Positions 52,406-64,000 are shown, numbered from the stretch's first letter. The stretch: DNA of 64,000 nt from Squalus acanthias (GCA_030390025.1 CM059432.1:35094001-35158000); one strand, 5' to 3'. Made by a program: numbers and translations. Notes: generated by a model not told the origin, from the sequence alone.

Positions 52406-52474
52406 CTGAAAAGGCAAAAGCAAAACACACGGATTGAACGCAGCGCTCGCAAATCTCGACCGTCCTTTTCCCTC

Positions 52475-53612
52475 ATAGGAATATTAGGAACAGGAGTGGG
52501 CTATTCAGCCCCTCGATCCTGCTCTGCCATTCAATTAGATCACTGCTGATCTGTACCTCAACTCCATTTACCCGCCTTTGCTCCATATCTCTTGATACCC
52601 TTACCCAACAAAAATATATCGATCTCTGTCTTGAAAGCTTTAATTGCCCCAACATCCACAGCCTTTTGGGGGAGAGAGTTCCAGATTTCCACTACCCTTT
52701 GTGTGAAAAAGTGCTTCCTGATTTCACCCTTAAATGGCCTAGCTCGAATTTTAAGATTATGTCTCCTGTTTCTGACTTCCCCCACCAGAGGAAATAGTTT
52801 CTGTCTAACTACCCTACCCTATCAAATCATTTTAACATTTTAAGCATCTCGATCAGCCCTCAACCTGCAAGCGACACCCACATCCCATGCACCTGCTGTC
52901 CTTTGTCGTTCTAGCCACCGACTCCATCCCTCTCAGCAAGTAATTAGGAAGGCTAATGGAATGTTGGCCTTTATTGCAAGGGGTATGGAGTATAAAAGCA
53001 GGGAAGTTTTCATGCAACTTTACAGGGCGCTGGTGAGACCGCACCTGGAGTACTGCGTACAGTTTTGGTCTCCATATATAAATAAGGATATACTTGCATT
53101 GGAGGCAGTGCAGAGAAGGTTCACTATGTTGATTCCTGGGATGAAGGGGTTGACGTATGACGAAAGGTTGAGCAGGTTGGGCCTATACTCATTGGAGTTT
53201 AGAAGAATGAGAGGTGATCTTATTGAAACATATAAGATTCTGAGGGGGCTTGACAGGGTAGATGCTGAGAGGAGGTTTTCCCCTCATGGGGGAATCTAGA
53301 ACTAGGGGGCATAGTTTCAGAATAAGGGGTCGCCCATTTAAGACGGAGATGAGGAGGGATTTCTTCTCTCAGAGGGTCGTGAATCTTTGGAATTCTTTAC
53401 CCCAGAGAGCTGTGGAGGCTGGGTCATTGAATATATCCAAGGCAGAGATTGACAGACATTTGAACTACAAGGGAGTCAAGGGTTATGGGGAGAGAGCGGG
53501 AAAGTGGTGTTGAGGCCAAGATTGGATCAGCCATGATCTTATTGAATGGCGGAGCAGGCTCGAGGGTCCGATTGGCCTACTCCTGCTCCTGTTTCTTATG
53601 TTCTTATGTTCT
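52475..53612. mobile_element. Divergent pair of CR1 3' fragments (52475-52860 minus, 52935-53612 plus) in cathelin intron 3
   Basis: ORFs 52558-52785(-), 52961-53299(+) and 53262-53513(+) with CR1 C-terminal motifs and tails. Confidence 0.9.
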
Positions 53613-54390
53613 ATCCCTAGCATCTGTCTGAGGCTGAACCACACTGTTCGCAACCTTGGTGTCTTATTTGACCTTGAAATGAGCTTCCGACCACATATCC
53701 GTGCCATCACTAAGACCGCCTATTTCCACCTCCGGAACATCGCCCATCTCTGCCCCTGCCTCAGCTCATCTGCTGCTGAAACCCTCATCCATGCCTTTGT
53801 TACCTCTTAACTTGACTATTCCAATGCACTCCTGGCTGGCCTCCCACATTCCACCCTACGTAAACTTGAGGTCACCCAAAATTCGGCTGCCCCATGTCCT
53901 AACTCGCATCAAGTCCCGTTCACCCATCACCCCTGTGCTCGCTAACCTACATTGGCTCCCGGTTAAGCAACACCACGATTTTAAAATTCTCATCCTTGTT
54001 TTCAAATCCCTCCATGGCCTCGCCCCTTCCTATCTCTGTAATCTCCTCCAGCCCCACCACCCCTCTGAGATATCTGCGCTCCTCTAATTCTGCCCTCTTG
54101 AGCATCCCTGATTATAATCACTCAACCATCGGTGGCTGTGCCTTCAGCTGCCTCGGCCCTAAGCTCTGGAATTCCCTCCCTAAATCTCTCCGCCTCTCTA
54201 CCTCTCTTTACTCCTTTAAGACGCTCCTTAAAACCTACCTCTTTGACCAAGCTTTTGGTCAGCTGCCCTAATTTCTCCTTATGTGGCTCAGGTGTCAAAT
54301 TTTTTGTCTTATAATACTCTTGTGAAGCGCCTGGGGACGTTTTACTACGTTAAAGGCGCTATATAAATACAAGTTGTTGTTGTTGTTGTA
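53613..54390 (+). mobile_element. L2 LINE 3' fragment
   Basis: VRNLGVLFD..AYFHLRNIA..LIHAFVTS and ITPVLANLHWLPV; (TTG)n tail. Confidence 0.9.
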
Positions 54391-54946
54391 GGTGGTGGCG
54401 GTCATGGGGTTGGGAGATGCTGCCAAAGAAGCCTTGATGACTTGCTGCAGTGCATCCTGTAGATAGTGCACGCTGCAGCCACAGTGCGCTAGTGGTGGAG
54501 GGAGTGGATGTTTAAGCTGGTGGATAAAGTGCAAGTCAAGCGGTCTGCTTTGTCCTGGATGCTGTTGAACCTCGTGAGCGTTGTTGCAACTGCACCCATC
54601 CAGGCAAGTGGAGAGTATTCCATCACACTTCTGACTTGTGCCTTGTAGGTGGAAAGGCTTTGGGGAGTCAGGAGGTGAGCCACTTGCGAAAGAATACCCA
54701 GCCTCTGACCTGCTCTAGTAGCCACGGCATTTATGTGGCTGGTCCAGTTGAGTTTCTGGTCAATGGTGACCCCCAGGATGTTGGTAGGGATTTGGCGATG
54801 GTAATGCCACTGATTATCAAGCGGAGGTAGTTAGGCTGTCTCTTGTTGGAGATGGTCATTGCCTGACAGTAATTATATCTGGTCTGTCCATTCACTGTCC
54901 CTCTTTGTGAAGTAGTCACCAAAAAGGAAAGAAGGAGATTGCTTAC

Positions 54947-55027
54947 CTGTGTGCAGGTGACTACAGTTCTGATTGGTAGAGGGATGTTGAATCTAATTGT
55001 AATGACCGCGTTGCAGGTCAAGATGGT
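54947..55027 (-). CDS. Cathelicidin/cathelin-like gene, exon 3
   Basis: Acceptor attttcccaacag, 81 bp TILTCNAVITIRFNIPLPIRTVVTCTQ, donor CAG|GTAAGC. Supplies Cys3 and Cys4 of the cathelin domain; phase 0/0. Confidence 0.85.
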
Positions 55028-56108
55028 CTGTTGGGAAAATGGAACAATCATTGGAACAAATGGTCATGTTCAGAATTTTTAGAAGATATTCACAGTTCGA
55101 AGCTTATTGCACTTCATAACCTAGGTTCGGATCGAGAAGCCCCTTCAGCCTATTTGACCTCTTTCCAGAAGACCAACCCCACGGTCTCCTCATTACATCA
55201 TCCAGCCTCGTTTTAAATAAGTCCAGTGTCCTGGCCTCAACCACCCTTTCTAGTGGTGAATTCTGGTGAATCTGTGCTGCACTCCCTCCAAGACCAATAT
55301 ATTCTTTCTGAGGTGTGACAAGAGGTCTTCAATTTATAATTGCCACTAAAAGAGTGAGAAAAAAGGTTAAAACATTTTTTTTTACACAAAGCCTGGAATG
55401 CTTTGTCCCAGGGAATGCCTGAGGCAGACACCATTGCATCTTTTAAGGGTAAATTGGATAAATATTTGAAGTGAATGAAGATTTAGGGCTATGAGGAGAG
55501 AGTGGGGCAGCGGGATTAGATTTGGTTTGCTCTAAAAAAGAGCTAGCACAGGCCTAATGGCCCGAATGGCCTCCTTCAGAGCTGCAAACTTCTAGGTTAA
55601 AAAAAAAGGTCTAGAATAAGTTGCATGGGAAGGACATTGATACAGACAGTAGAAATGGGTTCAAGAGGTAACTATGAACCAGGACAGGGACCTCCTGGCT
55701 TAGGGGGTCCCCTGCTTTGTTCCACCTCCCGTCCGCCATTTGCCTTGTTAAGAGCAGACAAAAGTTTCCCAATTTCCCTTCCCCCTCCCCTTACAAGGCA
55801 ACGAGGAAAATCCATTGTACAGTGGATACTTGGTGCAACCTGGTTTGGGATGGTTCTGTCACGTTCCCACTGGACTTACGGTGGGAGGTGACGGGACCCA
55901 TGAGGTATCTCAGGGTCGATAACATTCACCACTGCAGCACAACGGATAGACGACTCCCAGGGATGGAAGCTAGGCTCAGGCTCAGCTCTCCACGCCAACT
56001 GGCATCCTTTGATAAAAGGGAGCACCCGTGAATCACAGTTAATTCCACTGGGTCACCTTGCTCGACAGGCCCCCAACACACTCAGAAAGAGGACACCGGC
56101 ATACTCAC

Positions 56109-56216
56109 CCCATTATCCATGAATTCACACTCTTGCATTACATCCTCCATTCCCTTAGTGCACACTGTCTGCTTGAGGGCAAACCCAATCTCGTATTCTT
56201 TTCCTTGTGACATTTC
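56109..56216 (-). CDS. Cathelicidin/cathelin-like gene, exon 2
   Basis: Acceptor tctcctttctgcag, 108 bp EMSQGKEYEIGFALKQTVCTKGMEDVMQECEFMDNG, donor GTGAGT. Motif F-x-L-K-Q-T-x-C-x10-C-x-F-x3-G matches cathelin FTVKETVC-x10-CDFKKDG; size and phase 0/0 match CAMP exon 2. Confidence 0.88.
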
Positions 56217-56409
56217 CTGCAGAAAGGAGAGGTGATTAAGCCTTTATACACTTCCAGCAGTACATTCTAGGGAACCAGGCCTGTTGACATTCACAGATGT
56301 TTGCTTCTTTTTCGTCAGTGAATTTGTCTTCTCACAAGCTGAGGGATTTTACCCCTGAGAAACAGAATGCATTTCACACATCTACATACCAGTGTCATCA
56401 ACAAGGACT

Positions 56410-57206
56410 CCCATATCAGGTACAGCACGGGTTAGATACAGAGGAAAGCTCCATTTAAATAGTCCCATCAAACACTCCCTGGGCAGGCACAGCACCGTTT
56501 AAAGACGGAGTAAAGTTCCCTATATACTATCCATCAAACACACCCAGGGCAGGCACAGCAGGGGTTAGATACAGAGTAAAGCTCCCTCTACACTGCCCCA
56601 TCAAACACTCCCAAGTAAAGTGCAGCATGGATTGGATACAGAGGAAAGCTCCATCTACACTGTCCTATCAAACACACCCTAGGTAGGCACAACACAGGTT
56701 AGATACAGAGTGAAGCTCCCTCTACACTGTCCCATCAAACACACCCTGGGTAGGCACAACACAGGCTAGATACAGAGTGAAGCTCCCTCTACAGTGTCCC
56801 ATCAGACACACCCAGGGCAGGTACAGCACGGGTTAGATACAGAGTGAAGCTCCCTCTACACTGTCCCATCAAACACACCCTGGGTAGGCACAACACAGGC
56901 TAGATACAGAGTGAAGCTCCCTCTACGCTGTCCCATCAAACACACCCAGGGTAGGCACAACACAGGTTAGATACAGAGTGAAGCTCCCTCTACAGTGTCC
57001 CATCAGACACACCCAGGGCGGGTACAGCACGGGTTAGATACAGAGTGAAGTTCCCTCTACAGTGTCCCATCAGACACACCCAGGGCAGGTACAGCACGGG
57101 TTAGATACAGAGTGAAGCTCCCTCTACACTGTCCCATCAGACACACCCAGGGCAGGTACAGCACGGGTTAGATACAGAATGAAGCTCCCTCTACACTGTC
57201 CCATCG
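56410..57206 (+). repeat. Minisatellite, ~67-bp unit, ~12 copies
   Basis: Unit ggttagatacagagtgaagctccctctacactgtcccatcaaacacacccagggcaggtacagcacg. The same unit occurs at 8430-8595. Confidence 0.95.
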
Positions 57207-60200
57207 AGCATAGTTCAGTGACAGCCTCTTTGGGAAGGCGTAGTCTCCACATACAGGTTTTCTCCAGATGCCAATGTCTGGGCCTGTTGGCAGTTTAAGG
57301 AGGTGTTCTCATTGTTGTCCTTCTGTGATCCTCCTCCTCCAGTACCTGCAATTTAGAAGGAAAGAACTTGCATTTACACAGCGAAATGTAACATCCTCAA
57401 GATATCCAACCAATGACCTTCTTTTGAAGTGCAGTCACTGCTGTTATGTAGTTAAACGTGGCATCCAACTTATGCACAGCATGATCCCACAAACGGCAAA
57501 TGAAACGAAGGGCCAGTTAATCTGTTTTTCAGTGGTGTTGATTGAGGGAGGAGTGTTGATCAGGACACCAAGAAAACTCACCTGCTTCTCTTGGAACGGT
57601 GCCACGGGATCTTTTACATTTACCTGAACAGGCAAATGGGCCTCAGTTTAACATCTCATCATAAAGGACAGCACCTCCGACAGTGCAGTAGTCCCTCAGT
57701 ACTGTTCGGTTGGGAAACAATCTCAGATAACAGACAGGGTGCAGCTTTAAGAAGCTGTAAGTAAGGCTTTAATAAATCTCATTGACTTCCTTTCTCCCAC
57801 AACAGCAAGGAGAGGTGAGTGTAAGCTGCCCTCGCCATCAAGGCAGCAGTCAACCGAGAATGGCATTAATGATCCGAGCAAAACTGAGGTCACTGCTACT
57901 CAAAAGGGAAAACTCTCCAGTGGAGTCATACATGACACAAACGAAGATGCTTCTGGTTGTCAGAGGCCAATCACCTCAGCCGCAGGACATCGCTGCAGGA
58001 GTTCCTCAGGAAAGCATCTTCGACCCAGCCATATTCAGGTGCTTCATCAATGACCTTCCCTCCGTCACAAAGTCAGGAGCAGGACTGCTCACATGATTCC
58101 TTAGTGTTCAGCTTCACTTAGAACTCTCTGATAATGAAGCAGCCTGTGCCAGCCCACAGCAGGACCTGAACAACAGCCAGGCTAGAGCTGGCAAAGTGGC
58201 AGGTAACATTCGCGCCACATAAGTGCCATTGTGGGAGCACCATCGCCACAAGGACTGCAGTGGTCGAAGGAGAAGGCCTTAAACCACCTTCTCTGGGCAC
58301 CGAGTCAATAAATGCATCCTTGCCAACGTGGCCCACATCCCAAGAACAAAGGTGAAAAAACACAGATGCAGTGAATACAAACAGCTGCACAGAAATCTGA
58401 AAAACTGCAATACACCTTTAACAGCAAGGACCCAACTGAAGAAATGGGTGTCCATGCAGTGCCTATTTTCTGTAGAGTGCTCATTATGGGAGCGTCCTTA
58501 ATTTACATAAAAATGAGTGCCTTAATAAGCCTAGCTCACAAGTACGGAAGAACGTCAAAGCCTAACGCACACATTCACTGGGACTAAGTTACTTGAGGGC
58601 TGTTGCTAGTATCATGGCGGCTCAATCTTTAGCGATGCTTTGCCAGGCGAGCTGCCTCTTACTTTCAGTAGAAATGAGGCCCAAGGCCTAATAGGAATTG
58701 TAGCCTGCACCCAAAAATGGACGCGCCTGAATTTCTAGGCCAGAGAGTTGTGAGGTTGCGAAATTTTTCCAGGGTTAGTGGTTGAGGCAGAAACTATGTC
58801 AACATTCAAATTAGATTGGATATGTGGTGAAGGACAAGGGGCTAAAGGAATATGGGAACAGGGCGGGTAAATGTAATTGGAACTATCTGGTTACGTGGAG
58901 GGTAAATGTCAACATGGACTGGTTGGGCCGAATGGCCTGTTTCCATGTTGTAACTCCTATGTATTTCTATGTATGTCTTTTCAGTTGAGATATGATTTGC
59001 CCTGTGCTTTGGCCACTCCGAGGGCCTTAGGCCTCAGTGCCCCCTGCTGTAAGATGCCGGCACCTGATGCGCAAAAGCAAAGATCAAAGTATTGGCACCA
59101 GTACTTCACGGTTGAGGTGGCACAATCTGCCCACCAGCAAGATCAGTAGGCACTAAACTATATTTGATGCCTGCCAATGCCGAGGACAGCTGCCTCGCAG
59201 TCAACAGCGAGCCAGTTGCAGATCTTTGTCATTTTCAGCAAGGAGACCTGCACCTCCAGCCAACATTACCAGTGGTCGGCAAGGATGCCACTGCCATCCA
59301 GTGCTAACTTGCTCATTGCCAGTTAGCACTGCAGTATTAGTTAAGGTTCTGCACACATGTACTGTATCAACCATACCAGAATGTAGGTTGTTTCTATTTG
59401 TTCTTGGAATGTGGACGAAACTGCCAAGCTACTATTTATTACTCATCCCTAGTTGCCCCAAGGGCATTGAGAGTCAACAACATAACGTGGAACTGGAGTC
59501 GCAATGTAAGCCAGACCAGGTATGGGTGGCAGATTCCCTTCTCTGAAGGACATTAGTGAACCAGTTTAGTTTTTACAACAATCCAGCAGCTTCATGGTCA
59601 TTCTTCTGGTACCAGCCCAAAAGGTAACCAGATTTATTGAATTCACTTTCATAATTTACCACAGTGGGATTATGAACTCACAACCTTTGGGTTGCTAGTC
59701 CAGTGCTATAACCACTAAGCTACTTTGATCCACTTTCCTCACCTATCCCACTGAATGGGTTGATTCAGCTCACCAGTGACGCTACACTGCTACATTTCAA
59801 GGGGTCAGTGCAGGCTGCCATGTCGCCAAGCTGAAGAGCATCCTGGGGGGCAGTAAGTGACCGTGTTTGTGTTACAATAGTTTGATGTGTGAAATCCCTG
59901 GAAGATGCGACTGTGCCAAGGGTTTCAATTGTAAATTGCACCTGAAATGTGTGCCCTACTGAAGTTATTGGCATGCATGAGATCCAAAGTTCTGTGAGGT
60001 TATGTGAGAGCTTGACCTGGGTGCCAGCATTAAATACTGAACCAGTTGACGGTCAACACTTTGTGGCATGTGATCTTGGGCCATCTACTTGGGACCTTGC
60101 CAGGTTCCGTAAAGTGTTCTCCCTCAACTGTTCCCGGGTCCTGCAGGTACGTGTTGAGTCTGGTCACCACCTCCTGCTGCGTATGGCGCACGGCGGTCTT

Positions 60201-61859
60201 GCAGGCAGAGTACCCTGATGTGCCAAACAGGGTAAAACCGCCTCTCACCCATCCCATGCAGCAGTATATCCACTCCGCTAACCATCAAGCAGAGGGTCGC
60301 AGGGGGTGGGGGGAATGTGGCGTTCCACCACAATCTTTGTCTGATGTCTCATCATTGGGTTTACCATCCCTTCGCTTTTTTTCATTTGTGGGTGAGTCCA
60401 GAACAAGGAGCCATAAATATAAAACAGTCACTAACAGATCAAATCATTTAGAAAGGATTTCTTTACACAGAGCGTGGTGAGAATGTGGAACTCGTTGCCA
60501 CGTGAAGTGGTTGAAGTAGATAGCAGACTATTAGACCTTGGAGGGTATTATAACCAAGTTTGATCCTGCACTTGCCCGGCTTGATACATACATGAGAAGA
60601 GAAGGGAATAGAGGGATATGGGGGCAGCGTGGGAAGAGGGAATTAGAGTGGGAGCATAAACATCGGCATAGACCTGTTGGGCTGAATGGCCTGTTTCTGT
60701 GCTGTATATTCTATGTAATGTTGTCCTACTCTTTTAAACCTTGATCGTGTCCAGTGCCCTTGTCCTCGGCCCTGAATCTGGATTTATCAATAATAAAAAT
60801 AATCTAAGTTATAAACTGGGCTTCATCACTGGTACAATGGCTAACAACAAATTTGCAAGCATTGGAGACAATTCAACTGAAAAATAGCAACTGTCAAAAA
60901 TAGATATATATGTGTATATAGAATCTCCTCCATTGTCACAGTGAGTTACACCGACAGGAGGGTCCCGGCTCCTGTCCACAGCCAGTTCTGAGCTACACTC
61001 ATCCCGGGGTGAGAGGAGGGTGGTGCTGAGTGGGAGGGGATTAAGAACACTACAATTGTCCTTATCTCACCGGGGCTAGGGAGGGGGGAATTAAAATCAG
61101 CTGGGTGAATGCTCCTGCTCACTATCCAATAACTACCATTGGAAAGTGTGTATGGATAATGCCAGGCAAGTACAGGATCAGACTTGGTTATAATGTCTTC
61201 CAAGGTCGAATAGCCTGCCAAACAGGCACCCCGACACAGCTCACCGGATAGAGGCCTCAAGATCGCGCCTGGGCTGCTACCAGCAAGGTAAGTTGTTGGT
61301 GGTGGGGGGGGGGCGCGGTTTACGATCATGGAGGGTGGGGGTCTCGGGGCAGCAGCGTCCTAGATTATTTTTGTGAGTCCCAGAGGAGCACCCCTGCTCC
61401 TCCGGGGCCCACAGAAAGAATTCAACACTTACCTTTGGCAGGCCTCTTCAGTTCCCTCGGACGCAGAACTGGTCGGACTGAGCACGGTGCAGGCTCCGAC
61501 CAGTTCCAACCTAAAATGACAATTGGGGACCTATTTATGTCATGGACCCCGATTTCCATATTAAAACGGGCCTGTCGCCTGAAACAGGTGGGCTCTTTGG
61601 ACACCCGGCGAAAATGCTACCGACCCCATTTTGAGGCTGTTACTGTCCCTTTAATGCCAGGCAAAGGCAGTGAAAGTCGACCCCATTGCTTTTTTCTTGC
61701 TTCTCTTGCCTCTGGCTGGGTGCAGGAGGAAGCCTTACCCTGCGCCTCCCCCACTCACCCACCTCCTCCTCCCAATTCTGAGGCAATAAAAACAAGCCAT
61801 ACGCAGGCCCGCTGTGAATCCACTTTCGCAATTCCAGCAGTTCAATGACGTCTTTATAC

Positions 61860-62039
61860 CTTGATTGCGATGCAGTGGGCTCCCATGAGTTTAAAGAGGT
61901 TCAGCCGGCCGGACCCCGCGTTGTACTTGTAAATGGCGGCATACAGAGCGTCCTTGGACGTCGGTGTCCGTTGAACCGGGCCTCCGTGCCCCACCGCAAC
62001 CGCTCCGAAGCACACAAGGGCGGTCAACCAGGATCTCAT
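61860..62039 (-). CDS. Cathelicidin/cathelin-like gene, exon 1 (signal peptide and first cathelin helix)
   Basis: 180 bp: MRSWLTALVCFGAVAVGHGGPVQRTPTSKDALYAAIYKYNAGSGRLNLFKLMGAHCIAIK, then donor AAG|GTATAA. Hydrophobic leader; DALYAAIYKYN..NLFKL resembles cathelin EAVLRAIDGIN..NLYRL. Confidence 0.8.
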
Positions 62040-62099
62040 CCCGTCAGAGGTCTCCTGTGCAAAACTCCAGTCAAAACTGCTGCGACACACCAGCAGAAG

Positions 62100-62280
62100 C
62101 CTGTCTACCCCTAAGTTAGCTATTGGTCGCTGAGGTTAATTATTATCGCTGGCCTTGAATATCTCTGATGGTGAGGATGACCGGCTTTGTTTTTTTTGGA
62201 TAGATACTGTGCTTCAGTCGTGCGTGGCTGTCAACCAAAACAAACACTTACTGGCATCTGCCCTAACAAACACAGCTTTC
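62100..62280 (-). promoter_or_regulatory. Putative proximal promoter of the cathelin-like gene (CCAAT, HNF1-like, two FOXA-like sites)
   Basis: CCAAT at 62126-62122. GTTAATTATTATC at 62135-62147 has one mismatch to the HNF1 consensus GTTAATNATTAAC. TGTTTGT motifs near 62240-62246 and 62266-62272. Confidence 0.45.
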
Positions 62281-62896
62281 GGTTTTGTGAAGTTAATTTG
62301 TGTTTAGAAACTTTGAGTTAAAAAAAAGCAAACAGAAGGAATCTAACAATTAATATAAATTGGCCAACCAATGATTGGGTGGTGCCATGCGCTACCACAC
62401 TGCCCTTTCACCCCTATAGACCTGAGTTTTAATCCAGCTCAGACCGATGGGATGAAAGTCTCCTCGCTCCTTTGTCTGCTGACTGTCTGAAGTGACTTTC
62501 GATCAAGTGTTACCTCAGGTATTGTGCAAGATCCTTTGTTGTGTACCACAGCCTAACTACACATTACCTGAGGAAACACTCCTCTCCCTGATTGCAGACC
62601 TTGACACCCAAAACCAAGGAAAGTCAGTATAGTTTAGAATTGTCTTTCAACACTGTGTACTATGTTCAGTTCTGGGCACTGCACTTCAGGAAGAATATAT
62701 TGGGCTTGGAGGGGGTATAGCACAGATTCACCAAAATTATAACAGGGTTAAAGGGTTAAATTATATGGGCAAGTTGCATAAACTTGGCTTGTATTTCCTT
62801 AAACATAGGAACATATGAACAGGAGTAGGCCATTCAGCCCCTCGAGCCTGCTCCGCCATTCAATGAGATCATGGCTGATCTGTGACCTAACTCCAA

Positions 62897-63577
62897 GAGC
62901 TGGATTTTCATTGACCCGTGGAGGTGGGTTTGGAGGCGTATGGGGGGTTAAAATTGCGAAAACTGGCGGGCGGGCACAAGCCCGCCTCCATCTCGCCTCC
63001 ACGCAATTTTTATTAAATCGTGTCTGCTGGTCCCGACTCCATCCCGCCTCTAAGAGGCGGGATAGGCTGTTAAGGCCCTTAACAAGCACTAAATTGCCTC
63101 TATTATGCCATTTTGAAAGGCCTTTGTGATTTTAACCCTTGTTCTACGTGAAGCACGCCTGTTCTGAACCACATTGTGAAACCTGGCGGGAGCACGGCTG
63201 GCTGGCTGGCTGGCTGGCTGGATGGATGGATGGATGGATGGATGGATGACTATGTGGAGGAGACATATCTGAGAGTGGTGGTGTAAAAATATCTGGGAGC
63301 AGACTTAGGGCTGCTGCTGCTCATTTTGCATCCAGGTCCTCTCACAGCAAAGGCCAGGCAGTCTTTTAAGACCTTTAATGCAGCAGCAATGATGACATCA
63401 TCAGAGGCAACTTTCAGACTGAAAACACGAATTGGGTCATGGGTTCTCACATGCTGGAACTCAATTGCCCAATTAGGTGAAAATTGCATCAATCTCCCAC
63501 ATCCAATTGCAGTCGGGTGGATAACACGAAAAGTGGATGACACGACCCCAACCCACCCCAGTATCAAAATCCAGCCC
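62897..63577. mobile_element. MITE-like TIR element nested in a CR1 3' end
   Basis: Ends GAGCTGGATTTT / AAAATCCAGCCC split a CR1 3'UTR. A truncated copy of the same family lies at 11845-12438. Confidence 0.75.
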
Positions 63578-64000
63578 CATATATCCGCCTTTGGCCCATA
63601 TCCATTAATACTTTTGGTTAATAGAAAGCTATCAATCTCTGATTTAAAATTAACAATTGATCTAACATCAATTGCCGTTTACGGAAGAGAGTTCCAAACT
63701 TCTACCACCCTTTGTGTGTAGAAGTGTTTCCTAATTTCACTCCTGAAAGGTCTGGCTCTAATTTTTAGACTATGCTCCCTAGTCCTAGAATCCCTAACCA
63801 GCGGAAATAGTTTCTCTCTATCTACCCTATCTGTTCCCCTTAATATCCTGAAAACTTCGATCAGATCACCCCTTAACCGTCTAAATTTTAGGGAACACAA
63901 CCCTAATCTGTGTAATCTCTGCTCGTAACTTAACCCTTGAAGTCCGGGTATCACTCTGGTAAACCTACGCTGCACTCCCTCCCTTCTGAGTATAGAAGAT

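Noticed and set aside
56410..57206. CRISPR-like array
   Set aside because: These are head-to-tail tandem units without unique spacers, in a vertebrate context with no cas genes.
54947..62039. Calling the gene SPP2, chemerin (RARRES2) or a type-2 cystatin
   Set aside because: There is no QxVxG/PW inhibitor motif and no chemerin CxxC or third disulfide. The signal peptide and first helix share one exon and exon 2 is 108 bp, which fits cathelicidins best. No symbol assigned without a phylogeny.

Overview
Eukaryotic DNA, very likely from a shark or other elasmobranch. It is dominated by CR1, L2 and Penelope retroelements, Deu-domain (SacSINE1/AmnSINE1-type) SINEs, an HE1-type V-SINE, MITE-like TIR elements and minisatellites; nearly all long ORFs are transposon-derived. 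Two host genes lie on the minus strand. (1) The 75-bp signal-peptide exon of PTH1R (29595-29669, MGAATVSSSLGVLLYCSVLSSVYAL|gtgagt); I found no further PTH1R coding exon, so the left ~29.6 kb is probably one intron. (2) A spliced cathelicidin/cathelin-like (cystatin-fold) gene upstream of PTH1R, whose exon structure is not apparent from the ORF track: exons 62039-61860, 56216-56109, 55027-54947 and a probable last exon from 52405. All introns are phase 0, exon 2 is 108 bp and cysteine spacing is C-x10-C-x10-C-x19-C. The probable last exon stops after two codons, giving a ~125-aa cathelin-only secreted protein with no antimicrobial peptide, under an HNF1/CCAAT/FOXA-like promoter. Four minimal hammerhead-ribozyme motifs, three in Penelope-type termini, are also present. 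Repeat boundaries are approximate, and family names come from recall of consensus motifs, not from database searches.
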